DNA from: Caedibacter taeniospiralis
GTDB taxonomy: Bacteria; Pseudomonadota; Gammaproteobacteria; Francisellales; Francisellaceae
Length of the DNA: 32,000 nt
Direction: 5' to 3'
Assembly (NCBI RefSeq): GCF_002803295.2
Contig: NZ_PGGB02000014.1
Location: 2,551 to 34,550 of the forward strand
Position numbers and translations under genes: made by a program. Shown piece by piece: positions 9,068-19,410 of the stretch. A model generated the notes under the pieces. It worked only from the letters and a program-made list of their open reading frames with translations. It was not told the DNA's origin and did no database searches. The stretch's first letter is position 1. Every line of letters begins with the position of its first letter.

Positions 9068-9688
9068 ATGACCATCAAAACGAAATACCTGGGGCTTGCT
9101 GAATATAATCAAGTTTATCAGTCAATGGTTGAGTTTACGGATGGGCGAGATGAGCTTACTGGTGATGAAATCTGGCTTGTGGAACATCCTGCTGTTTTCA
9201 CTCAAGGTCGCCATGGCAAGGCTGAACACATTATCAATCCGCAAGAGGTTCCTGTTGTTCAGAGCGATCGTGGCGGGCAAGTCACTTATCACGGACCAGG
9301 GCAGGCGGTTATTTACTTTTTATTTGATTTAAAACGTTTAAATATCGGCATTAAGAACTTTGTTTGCCTAGTAGAAAGAAGTTGTATACGTCTTCTCAAA
9401 CAATATGACATCGAAAGTCATACCATTGCCAAAGCCCCTGGAATTTATGTTGATCACGCAAAAATTGCTTCGCTGGGTCTTCGTGTCAAAAAGGGGCTAA
9501 CCTATCACGGTATTGCGATCAACACCCGTATGGATCTCACGCCGTTTAGCTATATCAATCCATGTGGTTATCAACATTTGAAGATGACGCAAATACACGC
9601 ACACAACCCTATGATTGACGTTTATAAAGTCCTAACTGAGTATGCACAAATCATTTGTGAAAACTTAGATAGGCCTATTTTCAGTTAG
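9068..9688 (+). CDS. lipB: Octanoyltransferase LipB
   Basis: [65 protein letters not shown] and NPCGY motifs. Confidence 0.95.
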   Translation: MTIKTKYLGLAEYNQVYQSMVEFTDGRDELTGDEIWLVEHPAVFTQGRHGKAEHIINPQEVPVVQSDRGGQVTYHGPGQAVIYFLFDLKRLNIGIKNFVCLVERSCIRLLKQYDIESHTIAKAPGIYVDHAKIASLGLRVKKGLTYHGIAINTRMDLTPFSYINPCGYQHLKMTQIHAHNPMIDVYKVLTEYAQIICENLDRPIFS

Positions 9689-9743
9689 ACCGTTATCCTG
9701 ATTCTTGTCATAATAAGGCAACCATCGATTAATCAGCATTTTT

Positions 9744-11225
9744 ATGCAATTAAAACCACGTAAATTATTATTAAATACAAAACAGCCTTTTGGGCTATGG
9801 TTTTTACTACTAGCCTCACTGCTGTATAGTGTGGGAACCACAGCGATCGCCGTAAACTTCTCTGGCTATCTTCACGGCATTGCTGATGACTCACAAGAGG
9901 GTTTAACCACTCAAATTCTTGCAACTAATTTCAATCTGCTTACCAACTTGTTTTTATACAGTGCCGCGGGACTGATTGGCGGTATTTTAGGCTATATGAT
10001 TGGACATAGACGTTCTGTGACCATCGGGATGCTATACTCTGCTGTTGCTTTAATTCTATTATCGTTTAATAACTTATCGTTAATTGGTTTTGCTGCCTAT
10101 GTGATTGGTGTTGGACTGGTTATCCCTAATTTATTCACTACCTTGAGTTTTCTCTATACACAAGACGATCCAAGGCGCCACGCAGGATTTACTTTGATGT
10201 ATATGACAACGGTTTTAGGCGCGGCTTTGTCTTTATCCATTGGTGCTAGCCTAAGCACACTTAGCTACCAGGCATGGTTTATTACAATGGCTATTGTGAG
10301 TCTTATCGCGGCACTTGTTTTTCTCTACGCAGGGATTTACTTAAGCCATAATACGGGCTTAATCGATGGCATCGAGCCAAAGTATACCCCATCTACGTAT
10401 AGCGTGCTATTTGTGCTTATTGTGCTTTCTTCAGTAACTGATTATCTACTGCAATATCAATCCATCCTGCAAATACTCATTCTCACCTTGGGTGTGCTTG
10501 CCTTCGTCGTGATGCTGATATACTCCTATTTAGAAAAAGATGACGCTCAACGTAGGCGTAACCGTGTTCTATTAACCTTGCTGGCTTTGAGCTTTTTTTC
10601 CTGGTTTGCCGATAAAAATATCATCACGATTTTTCTGAACTACCTAAACCTGTTTAACCGAAATTATGGCTTCTTTAGTGCTAAAAGCTTATCTGCGGAT
10701 TTCTTTTTTGAAGCAAATATTGCGTTGGTGCTTATCATCGGTTTGATCTCAGCATTTCTTTGGAATAAGAACAAACACACTCAACACATGAAAAGGCTTA
10801 TTCGCCTATTCAGTCTTGCTATTTTGCTCACCTCGATCTCTTGTGCTCTTCTGTTTTTTAGCTTCTTGACGCAATCCTTAAGTCATTTTGCCACGACGGG
10901 GAATTATTTACTGATCATCACCTTAACGCTTAACTCCATTGCCAAAGTTCTGCTATTGCCGCTTTATTACGCCATTGTTGGTAAGCTGTCACCCCGAAAA
11001 TATGAATCGATCGTGATGGGATTTTTCTTCATCATCAATGCCGCCATTGGGGTGATCGTTTTTTCTTTAAATGCCAAAATATTGCGTCCACAAGCACTTA
11101 TTGATACCTATAGCTCCCTATCATATCTCTACGGCTGCTTACTTATTCTTGGATTAGGATGCGCTTTGATTGCTTACTTGCTGGCGAAATTCATGCGTTA
11201 CAATAAAAAAAGTGACCAAATTTAA
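9744..11225 (+). CDS. MFS-type transporter resembling the POT/PTR oligopeptide transporter family
   Basis: 493 aa with about 12 or more hydrophobic segments and POT-like N-terminal organisation. The family assignment is tentative. Confidence 0.7.
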   Translation: MQLKPRKLLLNTKQPFGLWFLLLASLLYSVGTTAIAVNFSGYLHGIADDSQEGLTTQILATNFNLLTNLFLYSAAGLIGGILGYMIGHRRSVTIGMLYSAVALILLSFNNLSLIGFAAYVIGVGLVIPNLFTTLSFLYTQDDPRRHAGFTLMYMTTVLGAALSLSIGASLSTLSYQAWFITMAIVSLIAALVFLYAGIYLSHNTGLIDGIEPKYTPSTYSVLFVLIVLSSVTDYLLQYQSILQILILTLGVLAFVVMLIYSYLEKDDAQRRRNRVLLTLLALSFFSWFADKNIITIFLNYLNLFNRNYGFFSAKSLSADFFFEANIALVLIIGLISAFLWNKNKHTQHMKRLIRLFSLAILLTSISCALLFFSFLTQSLSHFATTGNYLLIITLTLNSIAKVLLLPLYYAIVGKLSPRKYESIVMGFFFIINAAIGVIVFSLNAKILRPQALIDTYSSLSYLYGCLLILGLGCALIAYLLAKFMRYNKKSDQI

Positions 11226-11233
11226 GTCATTAA

Positions 11234-11341
11234 CTATTGTTTTTTAAGCGCTGTTCCCATCACCGTCTTGTCATATTGTTGTACAGACACTCCTCGCATA
11301 ATCTTGTCCAAAAGCTCTTCAGAGAACCCGGGCAATATAAT
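11234..11341 (-). pseudogene. Possible transposase relic
   Basis: Minus-strand open fragment IILPGFSEELLDKIMRGVSVQQYDKTVMGTALKKQ*. It has no start and resembles the N-terminal 'RG(V/L)S.R.Y...V' region of IS transposases. Confidence 0.3.
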
Positions 11342-11380
11342 TCAAATGAAAAAATCATCGTGTACAGAGAATGGTAATAC

Positions 11381-12691
11381 TTAATGCTTACCTTTTTGCA
11401 AATTCACCCACTCGGCAATCGCATAAATCGGGGTGCCTAAGAAAAACAAAATCATGCCATAGTAGACAACTTCTTGCCCAGAGCCGAGTATTGTCCAGAA
11501 TGAATACGCACAAGCTAAAACGGCAATGATAATACCCGCCTGCCAGAATGGGCTGTTTTTATCCTGCTGCTTGATGACGAGAATACATGAGATTGTTGTA
11601 TAAAAATAGGGAATAAGGGCTGCCAGTACTGCCATGAGAATAATCAGTTCAAACTGCGCAACGAGATCTCGTGAGGTTGTCAATAATAATAGAATTGTCA
11701 TGAGCACAGCTCCCAGAATGAGTCCAAACACAGGGGAGCCAAGCTTGTTCTCCTGGGCAAAAATTTTTGGGAAAAGCTGGGTCTCTGCCATCGCTTTTGA
11801 AACCGCAGCACTAACCATAACCCAACCATTTAGCGTTCCAAGACAAGCAATTACCGCCGCAACAGCAATGATAATTGCCCCATTCTTGCCAATCATTTCC
11901 TGCGCTGCCAGAGCAAATGGGGCGTTGGAGTTTTCTAAGCTTGCTGCTGGAAGCATGCCCATAATCACTGCTGAGCTTGCAATATAAATAAAGGCTGCAA
12001 TTAAAGTTCCCGTTAAGGTTGCAAGCGGAATGGTTTTTTGCGGATTTTTGACCTTGCTGACGGAAACCGTTGCGGCTTCAAGACCTATGAATGCCCATAA
12101 TGTTAAAGAAGCGGCTGCACTAAGTGCATGCAGATTGGATGATCCAGAATGGTTAAAATCAAGATAATATTGTGGCTCTATGTACCATATTCCTGCAACG
12201 ATGATAAACAGAAGAGGAATGCTCTTTCCGATCATGGACAACATCTGTAACCAGCCAACACTTCGGACTCCGAGCATATTGAAGAAGGTTAATAGCCAGA
12301 TAATGCCAATGGCAGCGATTGAAGTGAGGGTTTTATCTTCCAGAATCGGGAAGAAAAAGCTTAAATAGCCAACCATTGCCAAGGCAATGGCGCAATTTCC
12401 GACCCAAAGTGAAACCCAATAACCAAAACCGCTTTGGAAGCCCATAAACTTACCCATGCCCACTCGAACATAGATATAAGGACCACCATCCATTTTGGGC
12501 ACAAGACGAGTGAAATGACTAAACACTAGCGCCAGAAGGATCGACCCTATTGCCGTAAAAATCCACGCCAAAATACTGATGGAGCCAAATTTTGCCAAAC
12601 CTGAAGGCAATAAAAAGATTCCTGATCCCACCATATTTCCAGACACCAGTGCAACGAGCATCCAGAAGCTCATATATTTTTTTTCCTGCAT
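11381..12691 (-). CDS. APC-family amino acid permease/antiporter (APA-like)
   Basis: SFWMLVALVSGNMVGSGIFLLPSGLAKFG and LTLWAFIGLEAATVSVSKVKNPQKTIPLAT motifs; 436 aa polytopic protein. Confidence 0.9.
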   Translation of the reverse strand: MQEKKYMSFWMLVALVSGNMVGSGIFLLPSGLAKFGSISILAWIFTAIGSILLALVFSHFTRLVPKMDGGPYIYVRVGMGKFMGFQSGFGYWVSLWVGNCAIALAMVGYLSFFFPILEDKTLTSIAAIGIIWLLTFFNMLGVRSVGWLQMLSMIGKSIPLLFIIVAGIWYIEPQYYLDFNHSGSSNLHALSAAASLTLWAFIGLEAATVSVSKVKNPQKTIPLATLTGTLIAAFIYIASSAVIMGMLPAASLENSNAPFALAAQEMIGKNGAIIIAVAAVIACLGTLNGWVMVSAAVSKAMAETQLFPKIFAQENKLGSPVFGLILGAVLMTILLLLTTSRDLVAQFELIILMAVLAALIPYFYTTISCILVIKQQDKNSPFWQAGIIIAVLACAYSFWTILGSGQEVVYYGMILFFLGTPIYAIAEWVNLQKGKH

Positions 12692-12717
12692 AACCTTTCA
12701 ACTTCCCAATGATATTG

Positions 12718-12800
12718 TGGGCTTGTGCAAATAATTCGCCCAAGCGTGTCGGTGTGAGTAATCAGTGTCACACTGCAACTCACACTTAGTAATGGGCGGG
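12718..12800. repeat. Dispersed intergenic repeat, copy 2
   Basis: tgtgggcttgtgcaaataattcgcccaagcgtgtcggtgtgagtaatcagtgtcacactgcaactcacacttagtaatgggc matches copy 1 at 3872-3946. Confidence 0.7.
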
Positions 12801-12824
12801 GAACCCTGTCAAAATCACCAAGCA

Positions 12825-12858
12825 TAAAAAAGGGCGTACTTTCAAAAAGTACACCCCT
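12825..12858 (-). terminator. Rho-independent terminator downstream of rplT
   Basis: On the minus strand: aggggtgtactttttgaaagtacgccct followed by tttttt. It lies 26 bp past the rplT stop. Confidence 0.75.
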
Positions 12859-12883
12859 TAAATTCACTCAGTAACAGCTATCA

Positions 12884-13243
12884 CTAGGCAGCTAAGGCTT
12901 GTTTGGCTTTTTCAACTAATTGCGCAAACGCATCTTTGTTGAATACCGCTAACTCAGCCAATACTTTACGATCAAGCTCAATGTTTGCTTTCTTTAAGCC
13001 ATTGATAAATTGGCTGTAGCTTAAATCATGCTGACGTGCGGCTGCATTAATACGCACAATCCAAAGCGCTCTGAATTGTCTTTTTCTTTGCTTGCGATCA
13101 CGATAAGCATACTGCCCCGCTTTGATCACGGCCTGTTTAGCTACGCGATATACACGCGAGCGCGCACCATAATAACCTTTGGCCTGGTTTAAAATCTTTT
13201 TATGACGACGGCGTGCTTGCACACCTCTTTTTACTCTAGGCAT
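12884..13243 (-). CDS. rplT: 50S ribosomal protein L20
   Basis: [70 protein letters not shown]. Confidence 0.98.
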   Translation of the reverse strand: MPRVKRGVQARRRHKKILNQAKGYYGARSRVYRVAKQAVIKAGQYAYRDRKQRKRQFRALWIVRINAAARQHDLSYSQFINGLKKANIELDRKVLAELAVFNKDAFAQLVEKAKQALAA

Positions 13244-13275
13244 AATCTACTCCACTTTAAAAAATTATTAACACT

Positions 13276-13473
13276 TTATGCGTACGGCATTTGCTGAAGC
13301 AAACTTGGCACGTCTACTTTGGCGACTTGAGACATCCCACGCAAGTGGCGCTTACGCTTGGTTGTCATCTTCGTGTTAATGTGAGCACGGTTAGCTGAGC
13401 GATGTTTGAAACCACCCTTACCCGTTCTTTTAAAGCGCTTAGCAGCACCTCGGTTTGTTTTTATTTTTGGCAT
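13276..13473 (-). CDS. rpmI: 50S ribosomal protein L35
   Basis: [32 protein letters not shown], between infC and rplT. Confidence 0.98.
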   Translation of the reverse strand: MPKIKTNRGAAKRFKRTGKGGFKHRSANRAHINTKMTTKRKRHLRGMSQVAKVDVPSLLQQMPYA

Positions 13474-13530
13474 AATATACTCCGCATTTTACCATTTTTA
13501 TGACACGACCAAGCTTGCACTTGTCACGTG

Positions 13531-14052
13531 CTATTTTTTCTTAGGTCCTAAAACCATAACCATCTGGCGACCTTCCATTTTCGGTCGGTGCTCAACCACG
13601 CCGTAAGACTCCAGATCCGCTTCCAATCGCTTCAGCATTTCGACGCCTAGCTCCTGGTGCGCCATCTCGCGCCCTCTAAAACGAACGGTGATCTTGACTT
13701 TATCGCCACCTTCAAGAAACTTTATCAGGTTGCGTAGTTTTACCTGATAGTCCCCAACATCAGTACCAGGTCGAATTTTAATTTCTTTAACCTGCATCTG
13801 CTTTTGCTTTTTTTTCGCAGCGGCTTTTTTCTTGCCTTGTTCAAACAAGAATTTACCATAATCCATGATACGGCACACAGGAGGGGCTGCTTGTGAAGCA
13901 ATCTCAACCAGATCCATGCCATGTTCTTCTGCTTTTGCTAGTGCCTCTCTAGTGGAAACGACACCAATCTGCTCTCCTTCAGGTCCGACCAGACGAACCT
14001 CTTTCGCCTTAATACTCTCGTTAATTGGCGTTTTTTGGTCTGCTTTGTTAAT
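13531..14052 (-). CDS. infC: Translation initiation factor IF-3, with probable AUU start codon (173 aa)
   Basis: The supplied ORF starts internally at 13917. The frame continues upstream as (M)[51 protein letters not shown], beginning at ATT (14052-14050) 8 nt after AGGAG. Confidence 0.93.
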   Translation of the reverse strand: MNKADQKTPINESIKAKEVRLVGPEGEQIGVVSTREALAKAEEHGMDLVEIASQAAPPVCRIMDYGKFLFEQGKKKAAAKKKQKQMQVKEIKIRPGTDVGDYQVKLRNLIKFLEGGDKVKITVRFRGREMAHQELGVEMLKRLEADLESYGVVEHRPKMEGRQMVMVLGPKKK

Positions 14053-14074
14053 AACTCAAACTCCTAATTTAGGT

Positions 14075-15985
14075 TCACTCGACCTTTTTCTCAATTTCTG
14101 CCAACAAAAGTTCAGTAAGCGCATCAATATTTAACGCGCCTAGATCGGTACCATCTTGCTTTCTGACGGTGATTTGACCTAAAGACTGCTCTTTTTCTCC
14201 AGCAATTACGATAAATGGCACTCTGGACAAAGTGTGCTCGCGGATTTTAAACCCAATTTTTTCATTTCTCAAGTCAATTTGTGTGCGAACACCAAGTTTT
14301 CTTAAGTTTCGTTCAACTTCTTGCAAATACTGATCCTGTTTATTGCTGATCCCTGTCAGCACAACTTGCACAGGAGCAAGCCATACAGGTAACTTCCCCG
14401 CATAATGCTCAATCAAGATGCCAATAAAACGCTCAAGAGATCCACATATCGCTCGATGCAACATCACGGGATGCTTTTTGCTTCCATCTTCATCAACATA
14501 CTCAGCATTTAAACGAACTGGCATAGAAAAATCTAGCTGTACTGAACCTGTTGTCCATGAACGACTCAAACAGTCTTTGATCTCAAATTCAATTTTAGGT
14601 CCATAAAATGCACCTTCCCCAGGCATAACCTTCCAATCAAGTCCTTTGGCATCAAGCGCGTCAGCAAGGGCTTTTTCTGCCTTTTCCCAAACTTCATCGG
14701 CACCAATTCTTTTTTCAGGACGCGTGGACAGTTTAACAGCAATATCAGTTAAGCCAAATCTGGTATAGACTTCAAAAAGCATGTCAATAAAGTGCATGAC
14801 TTCGGACTGGATTTGCGATTCCATACAAAAGATGTGAGCATCGTCTTGAACGAAGTTCCTTGTGCGCATAATGCCATGCAATGCTCCAGATGCCTCGTTT
14901 CGGTGACAAGAACCAAATTCGGCAAGTCTAAGTGGTAGATTGCGATAGCTGGTAATCCCTTGCCTATAGATCTGCACATGACATGGACAATTCATTGGTT
15001 TTATCGCATATTGGCGATTGTCCACCTCTAAACTATACATGTCTTCATGAAATTTCTCCCAATGCCCTGACTTTTCCCATAAACTGCGATCAACAATTTG
15101 CGGAGTTTTAACCTCTTGGTACCCATATTTAACAAACATAGAACGCATGTACTGTTCAACGGTCTGCCAAATCACCCATCCTTTAGGATGCCAAAATACC
15201 ATTCCAGGGGCTTCTTCCTGCAAATGAAATAGATCCATCGTCTTGCCAATCTTGCGATGATCCCGTTTTTCTGCTTCTTCCAGGCGTGTTAAATAGTCTT
15301 TAAGTTGTTTTTTATCTGCCCAGCAAGTTCCATAAATACGTGTCAACATCTCATTTTTTGAATCACCGCGCCAATAGGCGCCAGCAACACGCATAAGCTT
15401 AAATGCTCTAAGGTGCGAGGTGTTTGGCACATGGGGTCCGCGACATAAATCCGTAAAATCTCCTTGGCTATAAAGACTTAGGGTATCACTCTCTGGTAAA
15501 TCTTTAATGATTTCAGCCTTATAGTTCTCACCGATCGCCTCAAAATAAGTGATTGCATCGACACGAGATTTCACTGAGCGCTCAACCGGCTGAGCTAAAT
15601 TAGCAAGTTCATACATACGCGCTTCAATTTTCTCTAAATCTTCAGGCGTGAACGCGCGCTCATATGAGAAATCATAAAAAAACCCATCTTCAATCACAGG
15701 ACCAATAGTGACTTGCGCCTTTGGATAAAGCTGTTTTACCGCTTGCGCTAGTAAGTGCGCGCAAGAGTGGCGTAAAATTCCCAGACCTTTCGTATCTTTT
15801 GCCGTAATCAGGGTTAGGGTTGTATCGTCATTAATAACAAAACTTGTATCGACGTCCATTCCATTGACCACCCCTGCCAAGGTTGCTTTTGCTAACCCTG
15901 CACCAATATCAAGCGCAACGTTATAAACAGACACAGGTTTATCAAACCCGCGCTTCGACCCATCTGGCAATGTAATTACAGGCAT
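14075..15985 (-). CDS. thrS: Threonyl-tRNA synthetase
   Basis: TGS domain, [29 protein letters not shown], and position upstream of infC-rpmI-rplT. Confidence 0.98.
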   Translation of the reverse strand: MPVITLPDGSKRGFDKPVSVYNVALDIGAGLAKATLAGVVNGMDVDTSFVINDDTTLTLITAKDTKGLGILRHSCAHLLAQAVKQLYPKAQVTIGPVIEDGFFYDFSYERAFTPEDLEKIEARMYELANLAQPVERSVKSRVDAITYFEAIGENYKAEIIKDLPESDTLSLYSQGDFTDLCRGPHVPNTSHLRAFKLMRVAGAYWRGDSKNEMLTRIYGTCWADKKQLKDYLTRLEEAEKRDHRKIGKTMDLFHLQEEAPGMVFWHPKGWVIWQTVEQYMRSMFVKYGYQEVKTPQIVDRSLWEKSGHWEKFHEDMYSLEVDNRQYAIKPMNCPCHVQIYRQGITSYRNLPLRLAEFGSCHRNEASGALHGIMRTRNFVQDDAHIFCMESQIQSEVMHFIDMLFEVYTRFGLTDIAVKLSTRPEKRIGADEVWEKAEKALADALDAKGLDWKVMPGEGAFYGPKIEFEIKDCLSRSWTTGSVQLDFSMPVRLNAEYVDEDGSKKHPVMLHRAICGSLERFIGILIEHYAGKLPVWLAPVQVVLTGISNKQDQYLQEVERNLRKLGVRTQIDLRNEKIGFKIREHTLSRVPFIVIAGEKEQSLGQITVRKQDGTDLGALNIDALTELLLAEIEKKVE

Positions 15986-16143
15986 TTTTTACTCCATTTT
16001 TGTTGTACGTGGTTTTTGGGCTTGCTTTCTTTACAGAAGCATATGTCAGGCTAGCGCAATATTCTCAAGGATTACTATCTTTACTGTCAAGCATTGTGAT
16101 TGACGAAGCTTAAGAAAATAATAGCGAACGGAAGCTATTTGGG

Positions 16144-16269
16144 ATGATTCAACAAGGACTGCGTGAAGACATTCCGCAAGACTGGTATGTCAAAACGGTA
16201 ATCTACTCCCTTAGCAAACAAGGGTATCGAACAAGCGCCAAGTTGATGCTTAAAGAGCTCAACGAGTAA
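16144..16269 (+). other. Small ORF or gene relic (41 aa)
   Basis: MIQQGLREDIPQDWYVKTVIYSLSKQGYRTSAKLMLKELNE*, in the otherwise empty thrS/tRNA-Ser gap. Its composition looks protein-like. Confidence 0.3.
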
Positions 16270-16497
16270 AAAAGATTGTGTAAGCAAAATTAAATATTTG
16301 CACAAACTCGCTTTAGATTTGTTTTTAGAATTCATCAAAAGCACCAATCAAGGTAGTACCGTCATGTTTGTCGGTATTATTCTAACATTAATTATTTGAG
16401 GGTATTTTTGAGGGTATTCAACATTTTTGTTTGCCTTTGAAACGTACCTGTATCTATTGATTCTAAAAGGTTTTGATGGGGAGAATATCTTTGACTA

Positions 16498-16591
16498 TGG
16501 CGGAGAGAGGGGGATTCGAACCCCCGATGGAGTTTTTGGTCCCCATACTCCCTTAGCAGGGGAGCGCCTTCAGCCTCTCGGCCATCTCTCC
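16498..16591 (-). tRNA. tRNA-Ser(GCU), with encoded CCA
   Basis: ggagagatggccgagaggctgaaggcgctcccctgctaagggagtatggggaccaaaaactccatcgggggttcgaatccccctctctccgcca: 7-bp acceptor stem, long variable arm, anticodon GCT, GGTTCGAATCC T-arm. Confidence 0.97.
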
Positions 16592-16669
16592 GCGATACCG
16601 CAACAATTTATCGACTTAGCCTTTTGATGTCAAGCGCTTCATTACCATATTTTTCAGGGCAAGCGTGCC

Positions 16670-16855
16670 TTATTCCGTATCGCCCAGTGAGTGCTCACCT
16701 TTTATGCGCACAAAGATTTCTTCTCGATGCACGGAGACATCTTTTGGGGCACTAATGCCTAGTCGAACCTGATTGCCTTTGACCCCTAAAACAGTCACTG
16801 TTACTTCATCCCCAATCATAACAGTCTCACCAATTTTTCTTGTTAAAATTAACAT
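16670..16855 (-). CDS. csrA: Carbon storage regulator CsrA
   Basis: [51 protein letters not shown]; located next to tRNA-Ser. Confidence 0.98.
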   Translation of the reverse strand: MLILTRKIGETVMIGDEVTVTVLGVKGNQVRLGISAPKDVSVHREEIFVRIKGEHSLGDTE

Positions 16856-17226
16856 CTTAAAGTTACTCCTTAATTATGTCGCTTTATCTTCGAAAGCTGC
16901 CTACATTTATATCAACTCCCCACATGGAACGGACATCCCAGACCTAAAATGCTTTTAGTCCTTGTCAGAAAGTATAGATGCAAAATACTCATCTGCATCA
17001 GAACGGCGTAATTCTATATAAAATAATAATTTTTACTAGTTTTTTATGCACCAAATCTCTGTATACGAAGAAAAATAATGCTTCAAGCGGCAGTTAGTTT
17101 GCAATTTTTTCTTCGTGTACAGCGGCACCAAATTTGAAATTGGTTAATTCTGCCGCACTAGTGTTAGGGCTTTGCGGAAATTCTCATTATACTGAAACCA
17201 TTGCAAGAAGGGGTATAGCGCTTAAG

Positions 17227-19317
17227 ATGTTTTTATTTTATAAGCTTAATAAGATTATCCATGGTTACTTAACTACCGAGCAGCGCACACTAGTTGCAGA
17301 TGCTTTTTTGTTTGGTGCGGATGCCCATGAATTGCAAGTCAGAAGCTCTGGGGAGCCTTACTTTAGCCACCCTGTCGCGGTTGCTTGCGTGCTAGCAGGA
17401 ATGCGACTTGATTGTGAGACAATTATTGCGGCACTCTTACATGATACCATTGAAGACACTGAGCTCAGTGCCGAAGATATAAGCCTGCGATACAGTGAAA
17501 AAACTGCACAGCTGGTTGAGGGAGTAACCAAGTTAAGCAAAATTGAAACGCACTCTAAGGCAGAGCTGCAAGCAGAGAATTTTCGTAAAATGATTTTGGC
17601 GATGGTGCAGGATATTCGCGTAATTTTAATCAAACTTGCGGATCGCTTGCATAATATGACAACCTTAGCCTCCTTACGCCCAGACAAGCGTCGTAGGATT
17701 GCCCTTGAAACTTTGGAAATTTATGCACCTATTGCGCATAGACTGGGAATGCACCACTTTAAAAACAGCTTCGAGGAGCTCGCGTTTGAAGCCATGTATC
17801 CTTACCGCTATAAGACATTGCGAACCAAAGTTTTACACGCACAAAAGCATCGTGATCGCTTGTTTCGTAAGATTTTAGAGCGCTTACAGCACCACTTGTC
17901 GGAGCTATTAGAAAGTGAAAACCTGGTATCAGGACGCAAAAAACGACTGTATAGTATTTACCGCAAGATGCGCGATAAGGAAATGTCATTTTCCGAAATT
18001 ATGGACATTTATGCGTATAAAGTCATCGCCTCAAATCGGCGTGATTGTTATCTGATTTTGGGTGCCATCCATGAGATTTTTCGCCCGATCCCTGGTCGCT
18101 TTAAAGATTATATTGCAACTCCAAAAGCCAATGGATACCAGTCATTACATACAACTGTATTTGGTCCTTATGGGGTACCTATTGAGGTGCAAATCAAGAC
18201 AAAAATGATGGATGATACGGCCGAGAAGGGCGTTGCGGCACATTGGATTTACAAGGCAAAATCACTCAGCCATGCCAATGCTCAAAAATGGTTAGAAAAA
18301 TTGTCTGATTTGCAACAAAATGTGTCAAAATCCACCGACTTTATCGAAAGTGTCAAATTAGACTTATTTCCTGATGAAGTTTATGTATTCACTCCCAATG
18401 GGGAAATTATTGAGCTGCCTAAGAATGCGACCTGTGTTGACTTTGCCTATCACATTCATACCGATATTGGCAATCACTGTATTGCCGCCAAGGTTAATCG
18501 TCGAATCACCCCACTTAATTACATGCTAACGCATGGTGACACCGTCGAAATCATCAACTCACCAAATGCCCATCCAAACCCAGCTTGGCTTGAGTTTATC
18601 AAAACTGCCCGAGCAAAACATGCGATAAAACATGCTTTGAAGCGTCACGAACATGACGAATTTATCCATGTTGGGCAGCAGATCTTAAATCAAGCATTAT
18701 TAAAAAATCAATTAGAGTTTTTAAGTCTATCGCCACAGCTGATCCAACAAGCATTAATTGAGTTTAATTTCCCAAGCATTGCTGAGCTTTATGCCGCGAT
18801 TGGGCAGGCAAATTTTTCAGCCAACACCTTGGTGAGATATGTTGAGCAATACGTGGAATCGGAATTAATTCATTCCCAAAATGCTCCGCGTAAGCTTGTG
18901 ATTGATGAGAGTAATATGAATCAACTTGCCAGTTGTTGTACGCCAATTCCTGATGATCCAACCACAGGCGTACTGGTGGCAGATAAGGGACTTGTCGTGC
19001 ATAGAAGTCGATGTAAGGAATTATTGAAGCTTGAAAAATCACACGAGCTTATCGAAACACAATGGATCTTAGATGGCTCAGGATATTATCCTGCCAGACT
19101 TTTAATCAGTTTACAAAACGTCCATGGAGCTATTGCCAAAGTGACCGCAAATATTTCACGCCATGAAGCGCAAATCGTAAGTTTTAGCATTTTAGAATCT
19201 GATGCACAATACGGTACTGTGCAGACGGTTATCGAAGTTAAGGATCGAGTACATTTAGCGCGTGTAATTCGAGGACTTAAGCATCTGAAGATTTGCCTTA
19301 AAATTGAGAGGGTATAG
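17227..19317 (+). CDS. spoT: SpoT-like bifunctional (p)ppGpp synthetase/hydrolase
   Basis: MFLFYKLNKIIHGYLTTEQ, HD motif LLHDTIEDTE, YSIYRKMRDKEMSFSEIMDIYAYKV, PKANGYQSLHTTVFGPYGVPIEVQI, plus TGS and ACT domains. The supplied ORF starts at 17134; the start at 17227 matches the usual SpoT N-terminus better. Confidence 0.93.
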   Translation: MFLFYKLNKIIHGYLTTEQRTLVADAFLFGADAHELQVRSSGEPYFSHPVAVACVLAGMRLDCETIIAALLHDTIEDTELSAEDISLRYSEKTAQLVEGVTKLSKIETHSKAELQAENFRKMILAMVQDIRVILIKLADRLHNMTTLASLRPDKRRRIALETLEIYAPIAHRLGMHHFKNSFEELAFEAMYPYRYKTLRTKVLHAQKHRDRLFRKILERLQHHLSELLESENLVSGRKKRLYSIYRKMRDKEMSFSEIMDIYAYKVIASNRRDCYLILGAIHEIFRPIPGRFKDYIATPKANGYQSLHTTVFGPYGVPIEVQIKTKMMDDTAEKGVAAHWIYKAKSLSHANAQKWLEKLSDLQQNVSKSTDFIESVKLDLFPDEVYVFTPNGEIIELPKNATCVDFAYHIHTDIGNHCIAAKVNRRITPLNYMLTHGDTVEIINSPNAHPNPAWLEFIKTARAKHAIKHALKRHEHDEFIHVGQQILNQALLKNQLEFLSLSPQLIQQALIEFNFPSIAELYAAIGQANFSANTLVRYVEQYVESELIHSQNAPRKLVIDESNMNQLASCCTPIPDDPTTGVLVADKGLVVHRSRCKELLKLEKSHELIETQWILDGSGYYPARLLISLQNVHGAIAKVTANISRHEAQIVSFSILESDAQYGTVQTVIEVKDRVHLARVIRGLKHLKICLKIERV

Positions 19318-19410
19318 CGCATACACGAGAAGTTATCTCAAATTTAAATACTTCCTTTAAAGCAGTTTCTAGATAACCGCTCATCTTGCTATTTTGCTTC
19401 ATTTTTTGCT

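Noticed and set aside
16135-16347. 70 aa minus-strand ORF near tRNA-Ser
   Set aside because: Its opposite strand carries a more protein-like short frame, and there is no motif for this one.
17134-17226. N-terminal 31-residue extension of the spoT ORF
   Set aside because: MFLFYKLNKIIHGYL at 17227 matches the SpoT N-terminus; the extension looks like leader DNA.
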